Of a stretch of DNA of 45,413 bases, positions 9,217 through 17,852 are shown one piece after another. The notes below the pieces were generated by a model. That model had not been told where the DNA came from, did no database searches, and saw nothing but the letters and a program-made list of their open reading frames with translations. Within the stretch, counting starts at the first letter, position 1; every line of letters begins with the position of its first letter. Source of the DNA: Candidatus Methylomirabilota bacterium (lineage in GTDB: Bacteria > Methylomirabilota > Methylomirabilia > Rokubacteriales > CSP1-6); NCBI GenBank assembly GCA_046726415.1, contig JBKPAK010000142.1:1-45413 (forward strand), written 5' to 3'. The translations under genes were made by a program, and so were the position numbers.

Positions 9217-9993
9217 ATGGAGCTGAAAGCACAGGTCGCGATCGTCACCGGCGCGGGCCGCGGCATCGGACGCGCCACGGCCCTCGAGCTGGCGCGCATG
9301 GGCGCCGATGTCGTCATCGCCGAGGTGGACCGCGCCGGCGCGGAGCGCACAGCCGCCGACGTCAAGGCGCTGGGGCAGCGGGTCAGCGTGGTGCCGACGG
9401 ACGTCACGTCGCGCGAGGCCCTTCGGGCGATGGCCGAGCGCACGCGCGCCGAGTTCGGACGCATCGACATCCTCGTCAACAACGCCGGGATCTACCGCGC
9501 GGCGCTGCCCCTCGACATCACCGAGGAGCACTGGGACGCGGTGATGAACGTCAACGCAAGGGCGGTGTTCTTCGCCAGCCAGGCCGTGCTGCCGGCGATG
9601 GTCGCGCAAAAGAGCGGGGCCATCGTCAGTCTCGCCTCCATGGCCGGTAAGATCGGCAGCCGCGGCAATCTGCCCTACAACGCGAGCAAGGCCGCCGTGA
9701 TCAGCATCACCAAGAGTCTGGCCCTCGCCCATGCCGCGGACGGCATCCGGGTGAACTGCGTCTGCCCCGGCTTCGTGGAGACCGACATGTGGTCGGCGGT
9801 CTCCCGTGAGCTGGGTGCGGCGATGGGCCTGTCGCCCGAGGACTTTACCAAGCAGCGCCTCTCCCAGGTGCCGCTTGGACGGATGGAGCGCCCTGAGGAC
9901 GTGGCGAATGTCATTGGCTTTCTCGCCTCGCCCCGGGCGGGTTACATGACCGGCCAGGCCATCAGCGTCGACGGCGGCCTCGTCATGCATTGA
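9217..9993 (+). CDS. Short-chain dehydrogenase/reductase
   Basis: TGAGRGIG, NNAG, YNASK, VDGG; AAGGAG SD. Confidence 0.95.
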   Translation: MELKAQVAIVTGAGRGIGRATALELARMGADVVIAEVDRAGAERTAADVKALGQRVSVVPTDVTSREALRAMAERTRAEFGRIDILVNNAGIYRAALPLDITEEHWDAVMNVNARAVFFASQAVLPAMVAQKSGAIVSLASMAGKIGSRGNLPYNASKAAVISITKSLALAHAADGIRVNCVCPGFVETDMWSAVSRELGAAMGLSPEDFTKQRLSQVPLGRMERPEDVANVIGFLASPRAGYMTGQAISVDGGLVMH

Positions 9994-10186
9994 GCATTCC
10001 CGACGTCCGGGCAAAGTAGCGGCTCGGCGGCGCGCCGAGGGTGCGCTTGAACATCGCGGCGAAGGCAGACGGCGAGTCGTAGCCGACTTCGAGGATGATG
10101 GGATGACCGGCGGCGAGCAAGGCCATCGCGGCGAGCAGCCGCGCCTGCTGTCGCCCATCGGCAAAGGTCAGACCGGTCTCCTCCGC
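9983..10186 (-). pseudogene. AraC-family regulator C-terminal HTH remnant
   Basis: Translates as AEETGLTFADGRQQARLLAAMALLAAGHPIILEVGYDSPSAFAAMFKRTLGAPPSRYF; no start codon or N-terminal domain. Confidence 0.75.
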
Positions 10187-10304
10187 GCAACCGTGGCTTC
10201 CCGATTCGGGGATAAATCCGAAGTCCCGCCGAAGGCGGTGGCACTCCTATTGCGGCAGGGTAGGCTCAATCCTGTCAATCCCACTCTGCCGAGAGGACAC
10301 CAGT

Positions 10305-11234
10305 ATGTCAGACACGTGGCTGCGACCGTTCGAGACCTTGACGCCTTGGCTGACCGCCTTTGCCCTCTCGGTGGGGGCGAGCGCTCTGCGTCTGGTGATC
10401 GTCATCGTGATCGGCCATATCGCCATCAGGTTCGTGCGGATTGGGTTGCAGCGTTTGGAGGGCGTGCTCATCCGGGCCGCCCGGCCCACGGAGGCGACAC
10501 CCGGGGCCACGCAGAAGCGGGTCGTCACGCTCGTCGGGATGATCCAGACCCTTGCCGTCGTGATCGTGTGGTCGATCGTCGTGGTGGTCGGCCTGAGCCA
10601 GGTCGGCCTCGACATCACGCCGATCCTCGCCGGGGCCGGGATCGCCGGGTTGGCGGTGGGCTTCGGCGCTCAAAATCTCGTGCGCGACCTCATCACCGGA
10701 TTCTTCGTGGTCCTCGAGAACCATGTGCGGGTCGGCGACATAGCCGTCATCAACGGGACGGGCGGTCTGGTGGAGATGATCAGCTTCAGGACGATCGTGC
10801 TCCGCGACGAGGCTGGCATCGTCCACGTGTTCCCGCACGGCACCGTCAACACGCTCGCCAACATGACGAAGGACTGGTCGGGTTACGTGCTGGATATCGG
10901 CGTCGCTTACCAGGAGGACACCGACCGCGTGGTCGGCATCATGCGGCAGGTGGCCGATGAGCTGCAGCGGGATGCCGCCCTCGGTCCGGCCATGCTCGGG
11001 CCAATCGAGATCTTCGGCGTCGACAACTTCGGCGACTCCGGCGTGCGGATCAAGGCCAGGCTCAAGACCCACCCCCTCCGCCAGTGGGACGTCGGCCGCG
11101 AATACCGCCGGCGGCTGAAGAGGGTCTTCGATGCCGAGCGGATCCAAATGCCCTTCGCGCACCACTCCCTCTCGTTCAGTGAGGCGAGCCACCCCCTCGC
11201 CTTGCGGATCAGCGAGCCGCCGCCAGCTCGCTGA
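10305..11234 (+). CDS. Small-conductance mechanosensitive channel (MscS family)
   Basis: AGAGIAGLAVGFGAQNLVRD, VGD..I.G..G.V and N.T motifs. Confidence 0.93.
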   Translation: MSDTWLRPFETLTPWLTAFALSVGASALRLVIVIVIGHIAIRFVRIGLQRLEGVLIRAARPTEATPGATQKRVVTLVGMIQTLAVVIVWSIVVVVGLSQVGLDITPILAGAGIAGLAVGFGAQNLVRDLITGFFVVLENHVRVGDIAVINGTGGLVEMISFRTIVLRDEAGIVHVFPHGTVNTLANMTKDWSGYVLDIGVAYQEDTDRVVGIMRQVADELQRDAALGPAMLGPIEIFGVDNFGDSGVRIKARLKTHPLRQWDVGREYRRRLKRVFDAERIQMPFAHHSLSFSEASHPLALRISEPPPAR

Positions 11235-11322
11235 CCGGGAATGTGCCCTTGCCTTGTCCTGCCGTGCGGCCTATGCTGCGTCGGCATCCGGGCCGATCCC
11301 GTACTCGACGACGAGGAGATCT

Positions 11323-12318
11323 ATGCGAAGCATCGATGTCCATGCCCACGTGACGCCCCAGTGCTTCTGGCGAGCCACCGAGAACGGCGGCGACTGGCAC
11401 ACGATCCGACGCGAGCGGGATACGCGCGGTCAGGAGTGCGCTCTCGTCGGCAGCGGCCGGCAGCTCCTCCCGCCGCGCGCCCGCTGGACTCCGGAGGAGC
11501 GCTTGGCCGACATGGACTCGCTCGGGGTCGACGTTCACGTCGCCTCCCCCTACGTGGGGTTCTACAACTATCACCTTCCCCTCGAGGTCGCCCGAGCGAC
11601 GGCGCAGGCCACCAATGACGAGATCGCTGGCATGGTCAAGACTTGGCCGGCGCGCTTCGCGGGGCTCGGGACCCTGCCCATGCAGGACGTGAAGGCGGCC
11701 ATCGCCGAGTTGGAGCGTTGCATGACCCAGCTGGGCCTCAAGGGAGCGGAAATCAACGATCACGTCAACGGCCGCACCCTCGACGAGCCGGAGTTCCGTC
11801 CCTTCTGGAAGGCCGCCGAGCAGATGGGCGCCCTCGTGTTCTTCCACCAGGGCGGCGAGACCTTAGTCAGCCCGCGAACCAAGCGCTATCACCTCCCGAA
11901 CACCATTGGCAACCTCGTCGATCGCGCTGTCACCTTCGCCACCCTGGTATCGGGCGGCGTCATGGACGAGTACCCGAACCTCAAGATCGTGCTCGGTCAT
12001 GGCGGCGGATACACCTGTTACGGGATCGGACGCATGGACCACGGATGGCAGGTGCGCTCGGAGGCGCGTGTCAACATCTCGAAGCCGCCCAGCGCATATC
12101 TTCGTCACTTCTACTACGACTGCATCGTCTACACGGAGTCGGCGCTCCGCTTCCTCATCGATACGGTGGGCGCCGACCGCGTGGTGTTCGGCACCGACTG
12201 GCCGTACGACATGGCGCTCGACTGGCCCGTCTCCTGGATCCTCGGCATGAAATCGCTCGCCCAGGAGGAAAAGGACGCCATCCTCTGGAAGAACCTCGAG
12301 AAGCTCCTGGGTCTTTAG
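11323..12318 (+). CDS. Amidohydrolase_2 family protein (ACMSD-like decarboxylase/hydrolase)
   Basis: IDVHAH, GHGGG, FGTDWPYD; GAGGAG SD. Confidence 0.9.
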   Translation: MRSIDVHAHVTPQCFWRATENGGDWHTIRRERDTRGQECALVGSGRQLLPPRARWTPEERLADMDSLGVDVHVASPYVGFYNYHLPLEVARATAQATNDEIAGMVKTWPARFAGLGTLPMQDVKAAIAELERCMTQLGLKGAEINDHVNGRTLDEPEFRPFWKAAEQMGALVFFHQGGETLVSPRTKRYHLPNTIGNLVDRAVTFATLVSGGVMDEYPNLKIVLGHGGGYTCYGIGRMDHGWQVRSEARVNISKPPSAYLRHFYYDCIVYTESALRFLIDTVGADRVVFGTDWPYDMALDWPVSWILGMKSLAQEEKDAILWKNLEKLLGL

Positions 12319-12320
12319 AC

Positions 12321-12390
12321 ATGGGGGGCCCCGAACTGGCCCTCCATACCCCCCAGCGCTCGGCGCGCCCCGGCGGCCGCCCCCTCGATC
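12321..12390 (+). repeat. ~70-bp REP-like palindromic element, copy B
   Basis: ATGGGGGGCCCCGAACTGGCCC..CTCGATC matches the reverse complement of 6152-6225. Confidence 0.75.
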
Positions 12391-12403
12391 AGGTGCGGAC
12401 GCC

Positions 12404-13453
12404 TCAGTCGTCCAGCAGGAGCGCGGCGCGGCCGACCAGCGCGTTCTTTCGCAGCAGCTCGTGAGCCTCTTCGGCGCCATCGAGAGGGAACGTCCTGCTC
12501 ACGATGGCCCTGATGCGCCTCTGCCGAAGCAGCTCGAGCGTCTGCTGGATCTCGGCCAGGGTAACGTAGCGGGAGCCATGGATCTCCAGCATGTCGGCGA
12601 GCATCCGGCCCGGATCCACCGTGAATTTTGCCTCCACGCCAAACGCCTCGCGCGGCCGGCTGCCGATGATGACGAGTCGCCCGGCCCGGGCGAGCGATGC
12701 CACCGAGCCCTCCAGCGTTTCTCGCGACGCCACGAAGTCGATCGCCGCATCCACGCCTCGACCGTCGGTCAGCGCGCGCACCTGGTCGGCGAGACCGCCG
12801 CGTCGGACGTCGATGAGGGCATCGGCCCCGCAGTCTTTCGCCGCCGCCAGCTTTTCGTCGCCGACGTCGGCCGCCACTACCCAGCCGCCGCTGAGCTTGG
12901 CCATCTGCACGCCGTGAATGCCCACCCCACCCCCGGCGCCGACGATCAGGACCGTATCTCCGGGGCCCACCCGCGCCTCCTCGCGGCAGGCGTGGTAGGG
13001 CGTACAGACCGCATCGGCAGCGATCGCCGCCTCGAGGTCGCTCACTTCGGTCGGGATCGGCGCGACATTGGCGGCCGGGATGGCCATGTACTGAGCGTAC
13101 GCGCCGTCGCAGGCCATCCCCACGTAGCCGCGGAACGCCGTGCAGAGCGTTTCCCGCCCGCTCCGGCAGAACCGGCATGTTCTGCAGGTGAGGTAGAAGT
13201 GGCATGTCACGCGGTCGCCGACCTTCACGTGAGTGACCTCGGACCCCACTTCGGCGATCTCGCCAGCGACCTCGTGTCCGGGGATGCGGGGGAAAGACGT
13301 CACCCGGCCCGGGACGGCGGTCATGATGACCACGGTGAGCCCGACGCCGGCGGCTCGCACGCGGAGCAGCACGTCGGTGGGGCCGATCTTCGGGACGGGC
13401 ACAGTCTCGAGCCGAAGCGGGGCGCGCAATTCGGGGAGGACCATCGCCTTCAT
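12404..13453 (-). CDS. Zinc-binding alcohol dehydrogenase (MDR family)
   Basis: PGHE, CxxCxxCx7C structural Zn site, GAGGGVG; start MKAMVL after AAGGA SD. Confidence 0.92.
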   Translation of the reverse strand: MKAMVLPELRAPLRLETVPVPKIGPTDVLLRVRAAGVGLTVVIMTAVPGRVTSFPRIPGHEVAGEIAEVGSEVTHVKVGDRVTCHFYLTCRTCRFCRSGRETLCTAFRGYVGMACDGAYAQYMAIPAANVAPIPTEVSDLEAAIAADAVCTPYHACREEARVGPGDTVLIVGAGGGVGIHGVQMAKLSGGWVVAADVGDEKLAAAKDCGADALIDVRRGGLADQVRALTDGRGVDAAIDFVASRETLEGSVASLARAGRLVIIGSRPREAFGVEAKFTVDPGRMLADMLEIHGSRYVTLAEIQQTLELLRQRRIRAIVSRTFPLDGAEEAHELLRKNALVGRAALLLDD

Positions 13454-13647
13454 CGTGTCCTTCCGCGCTCTCATCGATCTCCATCCGTCGGCAGCGTTTG
13501 CGGGCGCCTACCCTACCACGAGCAGCTCGCGACCGTCGGCATCTCTGCCCTCCGCCATCGATCGGGGATCGCGGATCACTGGATTCAGCAAGCCGGCCGT
13601 CCAACGTGTCGCGGAGCACGCGGGCCCGGCACTGACGAGGGGGAGCG

Positions 13648-14451
13648 ATGATCTTCCAGCAATATCGCGGTCATCTTCTGGTCGTCAGGCAGCCGGACCA
13701 CGGCGTGCAGACGGGCTTCTTCGCCAGGCACTGGGGCAACGAGGACACGCCGGCCTTCAGCCCCCGTGAGCCGGTGATCGCGGCTGGCACCCGCCACGAC
13801 GATGGCTGGAAAGAGTGGGAGGCGTGCCCCTCGCTGGATCCGTCCACGGGCCAGCCCTGGCAGTTCTACCGGCTGACACCGCATGAGCACGTCCCCCTGT
13901 ACCGACGCGGTATCGAGATGGCGGCCCAGCATGACCCAACCACCGGGGTCCTGGTGAGCATGCACGGGGCCGGGCTCTACAACGACCGCTATGGAACATT
14001 CCGTCTCGCCGAACAGAAGTTCACCGCCTCCGAACGGGAGTTGGTGGATGAATTCCTGGCCGAGCAGGCTCTTTTTCAGCAATCGCTCGCGGAGCGCGTC
14101 CGGGGCCGCATCCTGCACACTCACGTCACCACCGATCCGCAGGTCTGGTACAACTACTTGCTGCTTCAGACCTGGGATCGGCTGTCGCTGCAGTACGTCT
14201 TCCGTCTGGCGGCCGACGGCGAGATCGCACCCCTCCCTCGCCCTGACGGCTCTACCTCGGCCCTTCGATGCAAAAACCGCGGCGACCTGACCCTCAGTCT
14301 CGAACCCTACCCCTTCGACGAGTCCCCGCGCACGCTCCCCGTCGAGGCTCGCCTGTTGCGAGACCAGCCCTATCGGGACGCAGAGGAGTTCCTGGCCGAG
14401 ATGGCGAAGGTCACGGTGACAATCCTAGAGTGTCGTGCGAGTCGCGACTGA
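13648..14451 (+). CDS. DUF3891-family protein
   Basis: QPDH..FARHWGN, HDDGW..WE, LVSMH and DRLSL motifs. Confidence 0.8.
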   Translation: MIFQQYRGHLLVVRQPDHGVQTGFFARHWGNEDTPAFSPREPVIAAGTRHDDGWKEWEACPSLDPSTGQPWQFYRLTPHEHVPLYRRGIEMAAQHDPTTGVLVSMHGAGLYNDRYGTFRLAEQKFTASERELVDEFLAEQALFQQSLAERVRGRILHTHVTTDPQVWYNYLLLQTWDRLSLQYVFRLAADGEIAPLPRPDGSTSALRCKNRGDLTLSLEPYPFDESPRTLPVEARLLRDQPYRDAEEFLAEMAKVTVTILECRASRD

Positions 14452-14468
14452 CGGGTCGTTCCCGGACG

Positions 14469-15266
14469 CTAGCCGGTTTGGCCGCCGCCCTTCATCACGA
14501 CCGGTCCTTCCGGCGAGCGTGCCCCCCCGGTCCGTTCCACGGTCACCGCGAAGGCCTGCGGATGCTCAGGGTCAACGGTGACCACGAGCGCGGCGTGACC
14601 GATGGTGTCCACATCGAAGATGCCGGCCGACATGGGCTCCGCACCCGCTCTCACCCACAGCTGGTACTGCTTGCCGGGGGCCAGCTGCGGTAGATGGTGA
14701 ACGACCAGGTAGCCGCGCTTCCGGGCGGGGCTCCACACGACCCACCCATCGGCGCGCTCGGCCAAACCGATCCCCCGCAAGGCGGCCACGCTCGTATCGG
14801 TGTTCGACACGAGGGACGTCAGCGCCTTCTGCTGAGCAAGCTCCTGCTGGAGCTGTTCGATCGAGGCTTGCTGTCGCTCGACGGTAGATCTCGTGTCGTA
14901 GATGCCCCAGACGACGAGGCCGGCGAGCCCAGCCGCGATGAGTCCGCCCACCAACGGCCTGAGACGGCGCGTGACCCTTGGTGGCGGCGGCGGTGGCGCA
15001 GCAATCGATGGCTGCTGGTCGCGGGCAGCGCGTGCCATGACCCGGCCCCGGAGGCTTGGGGGCACCGGGACGTCGGGGAGCGCCCGTGGCAGGGTAGTCG
15101 CGACCTCCAGATGATCCCGCAGTTCCTCCTCGCATCGCTGGCAACCCGCGGTCAGGTGTGCGTCGAAGCGGGCGCGCTCCTCGTCGTCGAGCGCTCCGAT
15201 GGCGGCGAGCGCCGGCCATTCCTCGAATGGCTCGTGGGACATCGGCCGCGTCGTCTCGCGGCTCAT
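14469..15266 (-). CDS. Anti-sigma factor (zinc-finger ZAS plus RskA-type domain)
   Basis: HLTAGCQRC motif, single TM, YQLW and FAVTVE..GG..SP; ATGA overlap with the sigma gene. Confidence 0.9.
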   Translation of the reverse strand: MSRETTRPMSHEPFEEWPALAAIGALDDEERARFDAHLTAGCQRCEEELRDHLEVATTLPRALPDVPVPPSLRGRVMARAARDQQPSIAAPPPPPPRVTRRLRPLVGGLIAAGLAGLVVWGIYDTRSTVERQQASIEQLQQELAQQKALTSLVSNTDTSVAALRGIGLAERADGWVVWSPARKRGYLVVHHLPQLAPGKQYQLWVRAGAEPMSAGIFDVDTIGHAALVVTVDPEHPQAFAVTVERTGGARSPEGPVVMKGGGQTG

Positions 15267-15823
15267 GGCACGACCCATTCCTTGCCCCGGAGCGCCACTC
15301 TCAGGCGTTCGAGACCGGTCCGGATCCGGGTCTTCACCGTCCCCAGCGGCAGCCCGGTGCGAGCGGCGATCTCTGTCTGTGTCAATCCCTCGTAGTACGC
15401 AAGCTCCAGCATCTCGCGCTGTGCCGACGACAGCTCACCCAGCGCGCCAGTCACTTCCTGTCGCTCGGGCAACCTAGCCGCATCTCCCTTTCCGGGATCG
15501 GCGATCTCGTTGGTCACGCTGCTCTCGATGCGCTGGCCCCCGCGTCGCGCGGCGCGGAGCGCGTCGATGGCCCGGGTTCGCGCGAGGGTGACCAGCCACG
15601 CTTGCGGCGTTCCACGGGAAGGATCGTACCGGTCGGCACCGCGCCATGCCTGGAGAAATACCTCCTGCACGACCTCCTCAGCGTCGGCGCGATTCCTCAC
15701 GATGCGCAGGACCAGGTTGTATACCAGCTGGATGTGCCGGTCGTAAAATCGCTCGAGAGCGGCCAGTTGGCCTTGAGCCATTTCGCGGATCAGCGCGCTG
15801 GCCGGCGGCAAGCTGGATGCCAT
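15263..15823 (-). CDS. ECF sigma-70 factor (SigK-like)
   Basis: DAEEVVQEVF, AWL..ARTRAID, GLTQTEIA..GLPLGTVKTR; start uncertain (15823 or 15916). Confidence 0.92.
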   Translation of the reverse strand: MASSLPPASALIREMAQGQLAALERFYDRHIQLVYNLVLRIVRNRADAEEVVQEVFLQAWRGADRYDPSRGTPQAWLVTLARTRAIDALRAARRGGQRIESSVTNEIADPGKGDAARLPERQEVTGALGELSSAQREMLELAYYEGLTQTEIAARTGLPLGTVKTRIRTGLERLRVALRGKEWVVP

Positions 15824-16134
15824 CTTCAGACCCGGCTGGGCCCGAACTCCGAGCCCAGGTACCGAGGCTTCGCGCCCACCACCAGTGACCGCCTTGTTGC
15901 CATGCACGGAGTACACGCGTCAGCTTACCCCGCCTGTTCGCGGCGCATGACCATCTCGCACCAGGAAGGGCCGAGACCGCCTTATGACGTTAGCATGCCG
16001 GCCATTCGCCCATCTCTTATCTACGCTCCGCCGGCGCCCATCGGATTGAGTCGGCGGAAAGCGCCAACGGAGAGGGCCTGGCCTCCCCTGCCTTTCGGCG
16101 ACGCCCGGCCGGAACATCGTTCAGTCGTTCGGCG

Positions 16135-16959
16135 TTAGAGCCCTGCACCCCTCCGGGTTCGCGGGATGGCGATGATCTCGTTGAGGACCCCGGTGACGCC
16201 GGGAATCTTCGCGACTGCCTCCTGGGCAAGCTTCCGCCCGTCTTCCGCATCGACGGTCCCGCTGAGCGAGACGTAGCCGCCGTTGGCGGAAACGAACACG
16301 CGATGAGGGTCGATCAGAGAGCTCGCCAGGAAGGCGGCCTTCGCCCCGGCCACGATGCTGAGATCGATGAGCAACCGATGGGAGACCGCCGACGTTTGGA
16401 ATCGCGGCTCCTGCAACGCCTCTTGAACGAGCCGGGCGCCCTCGTCCGCCGTCAGTCGTTCTGTGTTGAGCACCACGTCGTAGAGCAGTGGATCTTCGAC
16501 GTTTACGTGATACAGGAACTTCACGCGGGCGGCGCGCTCGTGGTCGGTCTGGCGGACGTAGTCGAGCGCCGCGTCGCGGGTGAGCCCCTGCTGCTGCTCC
16601 ACGCGCTCGGCTCGGGTCCGTTCGGGGGCATTGGATCGAATGCGCACGGCGTGCGCGACAGGGCGTAGGACGATCGTCGAGGCGAGGCCCGCGAGCACGA
16701 CATTGTCGCCGCTGGCCATCTCCAGAATGATCGCCTCCACGTAGGCCTTGTACCGGTGCTGGGTGTCGGTCAGCCGCTCCCACAGCGTCGGTTTCTCCTC
16801 GGCCCCATGCCGCAGATCCTTGACGTTCTCACCGAACTGTTCGGCTGCCTTCGCAATGATCTCTCGATCGGCGAATCGATAGCCCAGGCGCTCGGCCAGC
16901 CGGCGGCCGATCTCGTTGCCCAAGCTTCCTGCCGTCTCGGAAATGGCGACGATGCTCAT
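16135..16959 (-). CDS. Cytidylate-kinase-like protein with C-terminal BON domain
   Basis: ISETAGSLG..IG..LA..LG, D.ER..FLY, YDVVLNT; BON pattern G.VSLSG.V..PGV.GV.NEI; AGGAGG SD. Confidence 0.87.
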   Translation of the reverse strand: MSIVAISETAGSLGNEIGRRLAERLGYRFADREIIAKAAEQFGENVKDLRHGAEEKPTLWERLTDTQHRYKAYVEAIILEMASGDNVVLAGLASTIVLRPVAHAVRIRSNAPERTRAERVEQQQGLTRDAALDYVRQTDHERAARVKFLYHVNVEDPLLYDVVLNTERLTADEGARLVQEALQEPRFQTSAVSHRLLIDLSIVAGAKAAFLASSLIDPHRVFVSANGGYVSLSGTVDAEDGRKLAQEAVAKIPGVTGVLNEIIAIPRTRRGAGL

Positions 16960-17207
16960 CCCGCACCTCCTGTCAGAGCAAGGCACTGCGCCAGGGGCGC
17001 ACGGCCGGCCAGCGGAGAGAAGCACGCGGCTTGCTGCTGCGGTGGGCGGCACCCCTGTGAGTCGAGTGGACACGCGCCGGGGAGTACCCGCCTGCGCGGG
17101 CGCTTCGCGACGTTCCGATCTGGGCGGCGAGGTCCGCCTGGCTCCCGGCACACTGCATACGCGAGCCTCCAACGAGCCGAGCCGGTCTACATGGGGAACG
17201 TAGGGCG

Positions 17208-17237
17208 AGCGTAGCCCCGGGGCTTTGCGCCGGTCAA
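17208..17237 (-). promoter_or_regulatory. Putative sigma-70 promoter for the CMK-BON gene
   Basis: TTGACC-18 nt-TACGCT on the minus strand. Confidence 0.4.
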
Positions 17238-17328
17238 GGGCGACGGCTGGTAGGCCGCTGACGCGCGAACGCCGCTGGTCAGACTATCGAGATGGGCCTC
17301 GACAGGGCCCCATTTCCCCCGCGCTCGC

Positions 17329-17769
17329 TCAGCCACCTGAACTGGGCGGGATGACTGGCAGGAGTAGGTACGCCTCCCGTGGGCCGCCCGCGTGCAAGGT
17401 CACTCGCCCGCCAAACACGACCGGCGGCCGGCTGTCGAGGTCGTTGTGGGTCATGCCACTCGTACCGCGAGTCCCGTAGTGAAACTTTCTTCCGAACTCG
17501 CTCAACGCGCCCTCGTATTCGTAGTCCTTGCCGCGCACAATCAACGCTACCCGCCAACCGGCCGGCACAGCGATGCAGCTCGTCACGATCTCCAGACCCT
17601 TCGCGTAGATGCCGTACGTCAAGACCACCGGGTAGCAACCGTCGTCGATGGGCCGGTACACGTCTGCCCGCAGGACGAGGCCATCGTTCATCGCGATCGG
17701 CTGGTGCCAGGTGACTCGCATGCCGTCCCGGATTTCGGTGCGCGCGTTGACCTCGGGAGCTCTGCTCAT
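17329..17769 (-). pseudogene. CocE/NonD (peptidase S15) hydrolase with a large in-frame internal deletion
   Basis: N-terminus (MNDGLVLRADVYRP..PVVLTYGIYAKGL) joined directly to C-terminus (EIVTSCIAVPAGWRVAL..YLLLPVIP); only 146 aa, no catalytic GxSY motif. Confidence 0.8.
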
Positions 17770-17852
17770 TCCTGGATCTCCTTGTCGATCTCAGTGGCCA
17801 CGGCTCAGGAGACGAAGCCTTGCGCGACGGGATTCTCGGATGTCGCGGTCGG

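Noticed and set aside
10253-10291. Hairpin next to the MscS RBS as a riboswitch
   Set aside because: Imperfect single stem that does not cover the SD; no aptamer signature.
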